Shown: positions 1 through 13,792 of the stretch, one piece after another
How the letters are laid out: each line of letters begins with the position of its first letter
How positions within the stretch are numbered: the first letter of the stretch is position 1
Assembly (NCBI GenBank): GCA_030141605.1
Contig: JAQGDQ010000323.1
Coordinates: forward strand, 1-64,000
Reading direction: 5' to 3'
DNA: 64,000 nucleotides
Origin: Tubiluchus corallicola
Taxonomy: Eukaryota > Animalia > Priapulida
Notes under the pieces: model-generated
What the model saw: the letters and a program-made list of their open reading frames with translations, nothing else
Database searches by the model: none
Told to the model about the DNA's origin: nothing
Made by a program: the position numbers and the translations under genes

Positions 1-3000
1 TGTTATGTCATGTATTCTGTTATGTTATGTTTGTGGCAAAACTATCAACTGTTTGTACTGAAAGTGTTCAAATAACTGATAAATTTGGTTATTGCTCAAC
101 ACAAGAGCGGGTAAATAGAACAAAAACAGAAAAGTGAATAAATAAACATGATTACATCTTGAATTGTGTTTAAATATTTTAATAATTATAAATATAATTA
201 ATATTTTAATTAAAATTCTTATCAAGTTGTTTCGAGTAGTGTGTTTGACTGAATGTCTTTAGTTGATACTTAAACAACTCTTTAAAAAGCATTTTGGTTT
301 GTGTTTTTAATGCCTTGCAACACAAATCATTTAATTACACGCCTAAATAACTAATATATCTTGTATAAATTTTACTCTTCTTCAGTAAAATGGATAAACA
401 CATGCAAAACGACTAAACATGATTATTATAATTATTTGCACTCTATGCAAACATTTTAGTGTGTCTACAAAATAGACAAACTTCAAACATTAAAAATAAA
501 TTCAAGAACTCAGATATTTATTCTGATAATTAATAATAAGGCATCCGCGATATTTTGAAGCAATGCGTTCTTAAATGGCGCATTTAACACAATTATTCCA
601 TATAAATCCCACCCAAATATTAGCCTTTAATGCTCAAATTATGGAATGAACTTTTTTGCCAATTTTTCAATTCATATAAGTTTTTCAGGGCCATTTTAGA
701 GAATTTGTAGTTATTTTTATTGTGTCAATTTTATCTTAGTTTTTATCTGTCATTACGCAAATTTTATATATGTAACATTTTTGCATGAAATAAAAAGCGT
801 AATAATAATACTGCAAAATGAGGTGCGTTTACATGCTGACAACTTCCCAGTTTGTCTGCTGCTTTAATAATAGTCCTCAAGTGATACACCGTTTCTTCAT
901 TTTCCTGTGGTTAATTGCCGGTAAAACTTAAGCCGTAATTTTTTGACTAGAATAGTCTCTGAATCTTTGAAAATTGAATGTTGAGGAACTGCTCAAGTTG
1001 CCACACAAAATTGTAAAACAGAGCTTCAGGGTTGTTTGCCCTCTAGCAACTGCAAAACCGAAACTCTCTAAATTTTATATCAACCGCTGACATTATTTTG
1101 TGAAATAAGTGTTCTAATTAGTATCTATTTACAAATCATGCAAAAAAGTTGAGAGAACCTAATTATTATTTATAATAATAACTTAGGAATTTTATCAATG
1201 CTGTGCATTTCGTTTATCAAGGATTTATGGCGAACTTAGTGACTGAATCTCGGCAACACTAAACCCTAAGTGATGGACTGCGGAATGCAAAGTGACAAAT
1301 GTAATAAGTTACAGTACGTATAAAAATGCTGTATAGTAACCTTGGAATGTGATGTCTCATACAAAGAAAAACGATATTTGAGTTAAAATGTTTTATTAAC
1401 AACTGTGCCCCACTTATCACAGCAGTCTGATACACACTACATATTATGCATACCATAATGTTAATTACCTAGTCAAATTAAATGAAATAAAAACACATTT
1501 TACTTAAAACACATTGCATTACCCTTCTGCAATTTTCGTGAAAGAAAGCACAAAAAATGACAATAGTTTTGATTCATACGTAAATAATTAATAAATCAAG
1601 GGACGTATTTATAAATAATTTTTAAACCCAATTCACTTCTATCCGCAATTTCAAAACTAAGCAAATAGTTATTGTATATAATCATAAGTCACTAAAACTA
1701 ACAGGAGTAAACAAAAACATTCAACCAGCATACTTTCCTATAGACAAAACTAACCTAATTCACAAACGATTGTTACAGTTTAGTTTACACTGAAATTTTA
1801 ACACCAAATATTTCAAGTGATGTAAAACACCAAAATATTTCTTAAACTGAGAATTTTTCAATAAAATTTTTACAAATGAAGATAATCTACGTTTATATCT
1901 TAGTGCTCAATGTCGCTAATTTGCTACTAAAATCTCTACATTAATAAACATTTTAGGTTTCACTACCACATAGTCCAACTACCTACAGTATATCGAAGGA
2001 TATCACATATGTAAATTTGAGCTAAACTAAAAATAAAGAAGTGTGCCAATTGACAAAATTCATAAACATACTTTCAGTTGTGTAAACTAAAAAACATTGA
2101 AACAGTGGACTTTATTGGGTAACAACGTTAAAAAAGCCCATGTGAAAACATACATTACTGTGCAGTCACATTCAGTATAAATTTACCAACTTTATAGAAA
2201 ATTCCACAGGAAAACAGCTCTGGGAAAAATTAATAGAGAGTATTGTAGTCTAGTGCATTAAAATATAAATCAGAATCAGACTTAGGTTACACAAGGTTGC
2301 ATTAGTTGTAAGATAAGTGGAGAAATTAACTGTAGCCCCTAGTGCGCCCTACCTAACCTTAAATTAACTGTAGCCCCTAGTGCCCCCTACCTAACCTTAA
2401 ATTAACTTAAGCATGAGGTCTTAATGCCTAAGGGAAAGGCAACACAATTGCTAATCAGTCTTAGTCAAAAGCTCATTAACAACCAAACACAATTTTTCCA
2501 TTTGAAAGCAAGAAAAAAACGGGAGCTGGAAATGGCTAACTCATTTACATATCCATTAAACAGCATGCAATAAAGTAATCACCCAGGCAGATCCACGACT
2601 GGGTGCTAATCTATCAATTCAATCACACTTAGTAAAAATAAAAATAGAGAACTGCAGTGCATTTATGTAGAAAGAGATGGAAATTTGCTTTTATAAATAT
2701 AGTTCGAGATTCTTTTATAATGTAAACCCTGCTAAATCAGCGTATTTATTAAAAATAAAATATGTTTTTTAGCTATTGTATTAATAAGTTGGTATACGAA
2801 ATAATGTATTTCGTCAGAATGTTAACGCGTAAGTAATAATGTCTTGTGCTTGTTGCAGGAAAGTTCTGTGGAAATTCACAGACTGTGAACTTGTATTACA
2901 GATATATATAAGCCCGCTGTTATTTATATTACTTATTATACTTTGTATGATTGTATATGTATATGTATATTTGTACCTGCAAATAGAGGCAAATAAAAGA

Positions 3001-3019
3001 CATAATAAAAATAAAATTT

Positions 3020-4172
3020 CTTTCTCTCCCGTCTCTTTCTTTCTTTCAGTCTCTCGCTCTCTCTCGTTCTCTCACTCTCTCCCGTCTCTTTCTTTCTCTC
3101 TCTCTCTCTCGCTCTCTCTCTCCCTCTCTCTCTCCGTCCCTCCCTTTCTCTCAAGTTCTTTTTGGATGGATTATATCTAGCACCCACAGCTGTCTTTATG
3201 ACATCATATAACAAGTTATGATCAAATGCTGTTTCCTTTTTGCTGAACCAAGCTACATTAAGGTTGGTAGTAGGACCACTCTTAAAATTGTTGCAAGGTT
3301 TAGACCTCATTATTTACAGCAAAACTTCTTGATGGTGTGCCATTTACCCCATGTTCTGCCGCGAACATTTGAAGCATGCCAGACGAAATTTATGCGATCG
3401 TCTATTGTAACACCAACCACATTACTTTTGAATACATATTGTATTGCATTGTTCCCACTTTGCTGCATGATTATGTCTATAGATGATCGCTTCCGTTTTG
3501 TTTGGAGCACAGTTTATATTTATACACCACCTGTCGTATAAGACAGAGAGGCATGCACAGAGACAGACAGACAGGCAGACAGACGGATGAAAAGACAGAC
3601 AGACAGACAGACAGACAGATAGACAGACAGACAGACAGACGGACGGATGGATGGACGGACGGCCAGAGAGACAGATAAAGAAACAGACGGACAGACAAGC
3701 AAACGTACTCTAGTTGTCTATTATCAGGAAACAGCCGTTACTGTTTTCACCTGTCCCCTCTTTTAGCAACACAAAAATATCTTTATTATTCAGGAAGTTA
3801 AAATGATTCGGCATTTATCGGCTGATCTGAGTGCTGACGTCTATACATAACTTATGAGACTACGTGAGAGTAATGCTGTATAAATAATAAAGGACTGCAA
3901 TATTACGGTGCGAACAGATTCATAAAGATGCTTTCAAGTTTATCATACTCATCACCATCATCATACTCACTACAATCACCATCATCATCGTCGTCGTTAT
4001 CATCATCATTGTCATCATCGTCATCATGTCCACCACCACAGCTATTGCCATGATCATCATCATCATCATCATCATCATCACGATCGTCGTCGTCATCGTT
4101 ATCATCGTTGTCATCATCACCATCATTATCGTCACCACCATCATCACCACCACCATCATCATCTTTGTCATC
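3020..4172. repeat. Microsatellite cluster: (CT)n 3020-3150, (GACA)n 3540-3700, (CAT/CGT)n 3940-4172
   Basis: Direct inspection. Confidence 0.9.
3190..3510 (-). mobile_element. Old LINE RT C-terminal fragment
   Basis: IQYVFKSNVVGVTIDDRINFVWHASNV resembles the KYLGV.ID..L.F..H motif; contains a stop. Confidence 0.55.
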
Positions 4173-5477
4173 TAATTAATTCTCAAGCACCGCTAGTTCA
4201 CCAGCTGATGTGTCACAAATATACTAGAGATGTGGAACTTCTCGTTACTCTAGAGAAGTAACAACACAATTCAGCACTTGCATATTGCCCTTTAACAATC
4301 AATTGATACTTTAGGTACTTTTGGTACTGTAGGTACTTTGAGTTACAAATGAGCAAATAAGTTCCGCTAATGGCTTACTAAAGGCTCGTAACGATCATTT
4401 AATAATCGTTTGTCAGTTTTCCACTCGGGAAATCCTACGAGCAGAATCAATATTGGGTTTTTCTGGGGAAATTCGAGAATGTCACACTTTCCTGTTACAC
4501 AAAATATTACGGTGAAACAGCGGAAGACATCTTTCAGTCACTTAGGTGCTTCATGTCTCTCTACTAAGGACAGAGGGAGAGAGAGATTTAGATTAGATTT
4601 AATATTTTATTTCAAACTTTACAAAGTTCATAAACACTTCACAAATTAATACAAATAATACAACGAATCATGAAACACAACAATAACACAAATAACAATT
4701 AACGATATAACAAACTACGCCAACGACATCTAATTACAGAAGTAAAGTTTGCATCACTGTTTAAAATGTTCTTGCATATAAAATTTTCACTGTTATTCAG
4801 CCTGACGTATAAACTGTATGCACATTTTCTGTGAATAACATCAAAATAAATAATATAATAAATAATAGAAGGAGAGACAGAAAGTTAGTGAGACGAAGTT
4901 GTAGCTCAATATACAAAATAGAAATCTATCATACCTGCGTGGTGAAGCAAACACAGTGAGGTTTCATTAAACTCAGTATTGTTTATCTGAAGCACTTTTA
5001 AATAACCAGAAACTCATGATATGCACATTTACATGCAAAACTGAACAAACTCGTCCTTAAGCAGCTTAATTACAGCGACACGCACCGTTCTACAATAATT
5101 TCTTCCGCGCAAAAATTACTTACGTATTCACGACACGCTGTTAATTAACACACCATATTAATTACAAGCACAACAGTTAGAACAAGTTTCCCTAACCACT
5201 GCGAAGCCGGGACAATCACCACCATAACAACGAAGCCGTATACCGCAGCATCCCTGATCAATATTCGTGTTAGCATCCTACTAGGTACATTATAGGAAGC
5301 CCACGGAATGTTTGTTTAGGTAGACACGTTAATGCTGATACTCGAGGGAATTTTCCCGGAAATTGAATGCAATTTCTGCGCTTAATTTAAGCAATTGAAA
5401 AGAATCTCAGTAATCTCTGCTTATTTCTCAATTATAACTGGTTATGATGGGTTTATTGTTGGCGACAACCACACTAA

Positions 5478-6370
5478 TTTAACCGGACCAAATCTGCAAG
5501 TCAAGCAATCTACTCTTTAAAATATTTGAAAGGAAATATTATTTTTTAAAAAATGACTTACGTGAAAGAATTATTACCACACAAATGCTATTTTCGAGTT
5601 CGCGCCACTAGTTCTTTGCTGTTATGTGCATTTCGCCATTCTCTAGTTAGACAGGCACTAGCGCCAGCATTTCGAAAATGCATTGCACAAAAACAGGCGC
5701 CGTACCTCTCACTTTAGAGGTGTTCGTTTGTGAAGTACTGCACACGTTCGACAGTTCATGCGTGAGCACAGCGGTGAATTTTAAATTTTAAATTTGAACT
5801 TAAAATTTGCCGAGTATATTAAAATCAAATCATGCTGTTTTCGTTTAAACGACAAGAGAGTTTTACTGTTTTAGAGAGTGAATTTTCTTTTATGCTGCGG
5901 AAATGGAAATTTAAGCCGTATTTAATGTAGTTTTAGCCCCTTAATTCACTTTGCTAATTTTTAATCGGTAAACAGCTTCAATGCACTTTTTGTAAATAAA
6001 TAATCATTAAATAAAAATGAAGTATGATTTCTCTACCAGGAAGCTTGAAAGCTAAAATGAACATGCATTCTTAACGCAAAACCGGACCCAATCTTAAACT
6101 GTAGGTCAAAACAATCTACTCCTTAAACTATTGAAAGAAAACATACTATTTTTTTCAAAAATTATTTACGTAAAAGAATTATTATCACGCAATCACAATT
6201 TCACGTTTCACAAATACTAGTGCCTTTTCGGAAACGCGTTGCACAAAAACAGGTGCTGTACATCTCAGTTCAGTCGCGATTGTAGTTTGTGATGAAGTGC
6301 CATTTTCGACAGCTCATGCGTGAGCACAGCGGCAAATTTAAAATTTGAATTTTACCTTAAAACTTGCCTA
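5478..6370 (+). repeat. Dispersed repeat family C: two copies (about 5478-5812 and 6078-6370); more at about 8330-8620 and 60640-60860
   Basis: Shared GCACAAAAACAGG.GC.GTACCTCTCA...CGACAG.TCATGCGTGAGCACAGCGG. Confidence 0.8.
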
Positions 6371-8962
6371 GTTTTAGGGCAAAACACTGAATAGCTTACA
6401 GTAGCACTGTACTTCAATCTTCGCTTTTGCAAACACGTGCAACGCGCTCGTGGAATATTTTTGCTGATTATGTTAGTTTGTAATGCCATCAATAGTTGGG
6501 CTCGGCAATTAATAGAAGATTTTAATCTATTATTTAATTATCAAAAACGCTTTTCCAGTATTACATATGTCAAAATGTATACTTTTTATCAGACTGGAAA
6601 ATGAGGTAGTGCATGAGAAATCAGCCTGCCATCTTTTAACAAGTCTGCGGGAGAGGACGCTACAGTCTGTCATTCTGGGGACGTGGACGTGACAATGTGC
6701 AATAACGTGATAATAACGACTGTAGCTAGGTTTGTAGAAAAAATAATTATTAGATTTAGATAAAATGGCAGGACACAAGTAAATCATCTTCAGGTGCTTT
6801 GAGTTTACAATCAGGGTTCTAACTTCATTTTCCCCAATAAGGAACGCAGGAACCATCACTAGAGGGGACATTTTACCCGAGGGCCCAGCAAGCGGTTAGG
6901 GGTCTGCATTTTTCTGCATTTGAGGACATTTTGAGCCGTCTAAGGGCACTTTAAGAGAGTTTTTTGTTCTAGAACAATTTGTTTTGGTTGCACAAATAAG
7001 TATTTTCAGGGTTATTATAGACCTTGTATTATTACTCAAAAGAAAATTTAATCAATTTTTCAATGCAGATAAGCTTGAAATTTATTTCAATTTTGGTTTT
7101 TGTCGAACTTATAACTATAATTTACGATTTTCAGTCAAAACTTAATTAATTTTAGCAATTAGTGATACATATGAAAGTGGAAAATGGCCATCTGTAATAC
7201 TGTTACTAAAATACAGACCTGGATGGGGTAAGACGGAGGGATATCTGCACCTAGTTTGTGCTTTAAAAAGCCCGTAAGGAACAAGGCAATAAATAAAATA
7301 TTGAAGCAATTTGTGATTATATTTTTTACAGTTTGACACTTAAAAGCTACGATCTAGCACTCAAATCCGGTTCTACTCATTGTGTGCCGGAATCAGAATC
7401 TCATAATCATCTGAGATGAGTCAATGAACCGACAGAGGAAGCCGACAGACATGAGGACGTATACATGATCTCTCTCAACAATGCGTTAATATCCAATGCA
7501 AAATGGTAGCTGAAATCACACAAATGAAATTGAAGTCACCCTTCTATGTACTAGCCAGGATTGGCGTCGTTTAATTACAAGATTAAATACTAAATTACAG
7601 TGTGAAATTTTTTTTCACACAGCTGGGACTCGAACTCGAGACATTCTGCTTTCCATGCATTACACTATAGAGTGTAGAGGTACTCTGACATTTCAAGCTC
7701 AGAAGTTTACTTTATCAACCACTAGAGGTCAATAAATGGGAAACCACAATCCACATTGTTGCAGAACGATTTCAATTACATAAATGGACGAAAGCAGTAA
7801 CTAAATTTGAAAGTCTGTAAATTTTTGTACTCCGCTGGGGCTCGAACCCAAGACCTTCTGGCTTCTGTTCAGGTATGCTAACCATTGCCCACAGAGCACT
7901 GATTTTTCATACTCACAAATTTGTACTACCAGTCACTACAGGTTTATCAATGGGGAACGATCGTTCGTAAGTACATAATGTTCGCCTTGTCTCGCCTCAG
8001 TACTGCACCCTGGTGGTTAACTGATGAATAAAATGACGCTATACGTTGCGGCAACAGATGAGGTTTCCCTCTCCTCCTCCAAAAAGTCAAAATTTTGGCT
8101 ACGAAAGAAAGTCTGGCAATCAAACAAAATTATTTTAGTCAAACACATTTTATTTAAGCACAGTTTCGAATCATTAAAGTAATAAAACAGAAAATATTTC
8201 ATACCAGTTATTAACTTACATGACTTGTATATACTGATAATCACGTTTTGTTCACAATCTTAGGGCTAGGGTTATGGTTTCCTGTGACTTTATTACCTGG
8301 ATTGGCTAAATGTTAATGCAAGGAAACCAAACGTAAAGTTGAACCATTGCTCAGAATGATCGAATGTATAAAATATTGAAAGGAAAAGTATTGTTTTTTC
8401 AAGTGATTTACGTGAAAGAAGTATTTCCATGCAAGTTTAATTTAACGTTTACACTGTAAGTTCCTCCCATGTATTTTGGGATTCGCTAGTTAGATGGGCA
8501 CAACGCCAGCATCCCGGAAACGTGTTGCACAAAAAACAGATGCTGTACCTCTCAGTTCAGTTCTGCCACATCACACGTGGTAAAATCGCGTGTAAGCTTA
8601 AATTTAAAATTTGCCCAGTTGGTGCTAATATTTAATTATCAGAAATACTTTGACATTAATATATGTCAAAAATGTATATTTTTACTGTACTTATAAGTTA
8701 TAATGCGATAGGATTCGAGAAAAATCATCCTGTTTTCTTTTAACTTAATTCTCTTGTAATAAATGTAATGTATGCTTTGTAATATGGCTATTTCTGATGT
8801 CTAGGTGTTGACTATCAGCCATTCTTGTTCATTTTTAGATGACACCGGGCACAATGTCCAAAAAATCACGACTATGCAAAATAGCGCTCTTTACACATTG
8901 CCATCTGGTGTCAAACAACTCAGAAATCAGAAAACGAATGCCACTTTAACGTAACTTTGATT

Positions 8963-8968
8963 TTTATT
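8963..8968 (-). terminator. Candidate polyadenylation signal (AATAAA) ending a 3' UTR of about 3.7 kb
   Basis: Minus-strand AATAAA followed downstream by U/GU-rich TTCGTTTTCTGATTTCTGAGTTGTTTG; 8960-12670 is U-rich on the sense strand. Other AATAAA hexamers occur near 9590-9620. Confidence 0.45.
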
Positions 8969-10989
8969 AACGCAAGAACGAAAATCGATGCACAATGCTT
9001 ATGTATAGCATAGAAATCATAATAAAACACACAACAACACAGTTTTTGTCTTATCTTATATTCACACTACACACAGATATAATTGTCCTTAGGATAACAC
9101 ATGCCTGAGTTCATAACATTAGTGAGTGCAGCCGCCATATTAACGATAGTACACACTACATGTAACACATATTAAAAAAGTAAAACCCTATAGATACCAC
9201 AGTTCTTAACTCTAGCCAACACTGATTAGTAAATAAAATTCTTCGACTTGAATAATACTCGCTTCGTATATTACAGTGCTTTCTTTATGCATAAAGTCCA
9301 TGTTGTTTTTACAGTAGATACACATGTGCTTGAGATTGAGAAATAACGATTTGTACATTCAGTAGCAGTTAAAATTTTATATATATATATATAATTAAAT
9401 TTATGTATGTATAGATATATATATATATATAACTATGTAAATCATTTCTTGTAAACATATAAACTATTATATTCATTCGTTTAATATATCATAGTTTCAA
9501 TGCAATACTGTTAATTTTTTGACTTGATTGACATCAGTGCAATACATTACTTTAACATCCTAACAAATTCATTAATAACTTTATTACTTACAAACAGAGC
9601 AATCATAAATAATTTATTAATTAATAATAACTCAGCTTTACAAACACAACAATTCGTTCCGCGATCAACAATTTTGATTTTCAAAATTCATGCACATTTT
9701 TGTTTATCATTATTTTCATTGGCTATCTTTGCGTTACTCTTTAGCCCTCTTTTATATTAAAGAGGGCTAATGCAAAAAGTGAAGCTCCACATTCGTAGAA
9801 TTATATATTACACAACAGAAGAAAAACAGAAATCTAATACATTGCACATAGTCACAATCACGATGGATGCCCCCTTTTATACAACAATACAGGTCAGCAA
9901 TGTAATAGAACATAATCAATATTTTCCTTAATAAATAAAGATAACAAATTCAGAATCAAGAAAAATTGGAATCCTGTTTCAACAGCGTACCGACGAGGCT
10001 TTAATCGAGAGTAGTATGCTCACTTGGTCTCTGCATCACCAATGATGCAGAAACAAATGGAACATACTACTGCAAAATCTGTGTACAAAACGGTTGTTGA
10101 CCAACAACAGGAGCAAGACAGTTCATATATTAAACGCATCACATTAACACCGCACGCATTAAAATTCACTATACAAATAGTACACAGTTACGCAAAATTT
10201 TAGCTGAAATGATTATTGCTGTTTTGCATGAGTTTCGCCATTACACTCTACAACATGCCTCAGAGAAAATTTCAAATCAGCAGTGAGAGAAATTATAATG
10301 CAGCATAGCAGAATATAGCATGACATAAAATGCATTTTGCTGTTGCATCAAATATCAACTAAAAACCGTCTGAGTTTCACAACTAAAAGCTGACAGGTTC
10401 ACATCTACAAAAACTTTATACCAGCTGTGTTCCATCAAATACCAAATCGTCTCAAGATGCTATGTAGTGTAAAGAACATAGCAAGCAAAGTGAAAATGTG
10501 CATTATACGTGCACTGCAGAACATAGAAAACAAGAATAAAGGTACATGCTATGTGAAGTGCAGAATGTATTTGTACAGAACATGGACAAAGAGAAAATGT
10601 ACATGCTATGTGGTATACAGGACATATAAAACAAAGAGAAAATGGGTACATTATGTGCTGCACAGAACACAGAAAACAAAGAGAATATGTGCTTGTACAC
10701 AAATGGTATGCAGCAAAAAACAACAACAAAAACACATGCACTACAAAGATAACACTTTAAGAACACACAATAAAGAACTCACAGCTAAATCTGAACATTT
10801 AAAGATAGAAGTAAAATTATTCACAGATAACAATGGTATTACTGTGTGAAAAAAACGACAACACACAGATATTATAGTGTTAGATTGCAATGTTTGGACA
10901 CAGTATATCACGTAAAATACTATGAGGGGTGAACAAGAGAACATGTTGTATTGTGACATCATATCACTGTACATGAGAAAGTGGAATAG

Positions 10990-11630
10990 CTTAGATAATG
11001 CTGTAGTTAAAACAATACTGCAGATGAGACAAGACTGTAGCTGAAAAATGCTGAAAATGAGACAATGCTGTAGAGGAGACAATGCTGTAGAAGAGACATA
11101 GTTGTAGATAAGACAATGCTGTAGATGAGACAAGTGTCTTAGATGAGACAATACTACAGATATGGCAATTCTGTAGATTAGTTAATGTAGCACGAGACAA
11201 TGCTGTAGGTGAGGCAATGCTGCAGAACAGACAATGCTGTAGGTGAGACAATGCTGTGGAAGAGACAATCCTGTAGCTGAGACAATGCTGCAGAGGAGAT
11301 AATGCTGCAGATGTGACAATGCTACAGATGAGACAATGCTTTACATGAAACAATGCTGCAGAGGGGACAATACTGGAGAAGAGACAATGCTATAGATGAG
11401 ACAATGCTGCAAAAGAGACAATGCTGCAGAAGAGACAATGCTGCAGATGAGACAATGCTCGAAATGACACCATTCTGTGGATGAGATAATGCTATAGATG
11501 AGGCAATGTTATAGCTGAGAAAATGCCAAAGATGAGACAATAATGTAGATGAGAAAATTGGGTAGTTGAGACAATGCTGTAGATGAGACAGTGTTGTAGT
11601 TGACACATTGATGTAGGTGAAACAATGATG
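10990..11630. repeat. Degenerate 17-bp tandem array in the putative 3' UTR
   Basis: Consensus GAGACAATGCTGTAGAT (plus strand), about 35 copies. Confidence 0.9.
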
Positions 11631-12674
11631 TTCAAGAAATGCCATGATAACAGTCACAATGTTTCTCTTCTTAATTTTGCTGATAAGACTCAATATAAGA
11701 AGTGAAGAAATGCAAAACAGAGTGAGAAAACTCACTTCAAAAGACGAAATGAACTCTCCCCACTCGCATGAGAGCACCTTTGACACCCCAATAGATTGCA
11801 ACAACAGACAACGTGAGAGAATACAGCAACAGCTAAAGCAATGGAACACACTAGTTGATCAGATAGTAGCAGCCAAAACACAAGATAAAAGCAACAATCT
11901 GTTAACTTTGGCTGGTGGCGAAGCACCGGCGAAGCAAGCTACGGTGACTTACTAAGCAATTGACAAGGGACAATCGGTTTAATCAAATAAAATCTGCTAA
12001 CACGAGCCTATTTTGTAAGAAGCAGCCACTGGGTCAAATCCCGGTTGAGGGATAAATATTAACCCTTTTCCTCCTGAATTAACAAGGAACTTCTGAAGGC
12101 AAAAAATCTACAAATAAAAGAGCTAAATACTTATAATAAAATATAGCAATACAATGTGCATAGATAACATAAGTGTTCATCTCAAGATAAAATAACAGCT
12201 TAAGAACAACAGAGTAAAGAAATCCAGTATCTGTCAAAATTGAACAAAAAAGCTTCTCCGTTACAGATTAAAAACTATAAAAAATTTTTATAAACTACAA
12301 GTGAATTTTTCGACATGAATTTTCAGGTGATAGAATAAATTATCAATAAAATGAGTTGAAATAAATCAACGGGTGCAATAGAGTGATATCACAATGACCG
12401 CATGACTAATGGCATCTAATACTTAGAGTCAATGTTACGCAGACAAACCCATGCTGGCAAGCTCTGCACTTGGCAACGAATGATCTGAACATCTAATTAG
12501 CATTCATAAAAGCAAAAAAATATCATTCTAATATTAACAAGGGCCTGCTAATGGCAAAACCACGTTCTGCACAATGACAACACGTTCAGCGGCAACGGAA
12601 ATGGTTTAGTCGCTGTCGTCGTGGCAACGGGATCTTATGGGCAAGCAGCAATCGACTAGGGTGTCGTGTTCGCG

Positions 12675-12812
12675 TCATACTCCCGTCTCGGAGCAACCGC
12701 GGAATCCAAACTTTGGTCGCGGTGACGTGCCTCTGGGTCGGACGGCCTTGGTGCTGCCAGACCTGGTGTCCAGCTTAGACGATGTTGATGTCTCCGGAAC
12801 AGTTACGGCCGT
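12675..12812 (-). CDS. rdgB: rdgB terminal coding exon: [45 protein letters not shown]
   Basis: TTTTTTACAG acceptor, phase 0, GC-rich, TGA at 12675-12677. Confidence 0.85.
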   Translation of the reverse strand, partial: TAVTVPETSTSSKLDTRSGSTKAVRPRGTSPRPKFGFRGCSETGV

Positions 12813-13198
12813 CTGTAAAAAACAAATTTTCTGAAATAATAATGTGTTGCATTTCAAATTTTTCTACTAAATAAATACAAAAATTTTACAATAGCATCGT
12901 TTTCATTTCTTTTCATTTTTTACAAAATGACATACAGTTAAATTCTGCTAATACAATCCCGGCTTATAATGAAACTCTCAGTAGTATGAGGACTTTTTTA
13001 TGTCCCTGCCCAGGTTATAATAAAACATATGTAATCATTTATCCTTACTGTGAAACTTTATTAAACCCCATTTTATACAATGAATTCTCAAGGTCCCACC
13101 AGCATAAATTTAATGTAAACAAAAATTTTGAATTCAAGTTCCCGCCCGGTCTAGACACACTTAACAGCACCCCCCTCTCTCTCTCTCACACACTCCCT

Positions 13199-13235
<37 letters not shown>

Positions 13236-13240
13236 TCCCT

Positions 13241-13295
<55 letters not shown>

Positions 13296-13747
13296 CTTCC
13301 TCCAATGTTATTTCTAATGTCATTTCTCTCTCTCTTAGGCTTAGCCCTAAACATAAGTATAGTTCAGTTTATAATGTTGTAATATCTCCAGCCAACCATC
13401 TACTCAACGTGTAACACACAGTGACCACCTAATCACAACACAGGTACAACACATCACAACCAGCAATAAGCTAATCAACTGATGCTTGGCTTAACTAACC
13501 GAAATAGCTTAGGTCACGGAGGGTTAATAACAACCGGTATGTTCACCGATCAAAAGAAGACCGGTGTAGAGACTAATGACGCCAGTCAATTATTGCTATT
13601 TTACATTAACAACTTATAGTAAAAATGCGAGTAATGGATAGTAATGGATTAAACATGCTTAATACGAAAAAATATTCTTGACCCTTGAAAATCGTATTAC
13701 CGGAATTCGACTGTACTAATTTAGGAATTGTTTATAGTATCACTCAG

Positions 13748-13792
<45 letters not shown>

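Noticed and set aside
1-2900. Neighbouring gene downstream of rdgB
   Set aside because: AT-rich with no credible exons; only a 39-bp tandem duplication (about 2323-2405) and possible decayed repeats.
10427-11955. Overlapping 90-175 aa ORFs
   Set aside because: They arise from degenerate 17-bp and 44-bp tandem repeats in the putative 3' UTR; no recognisable domain.
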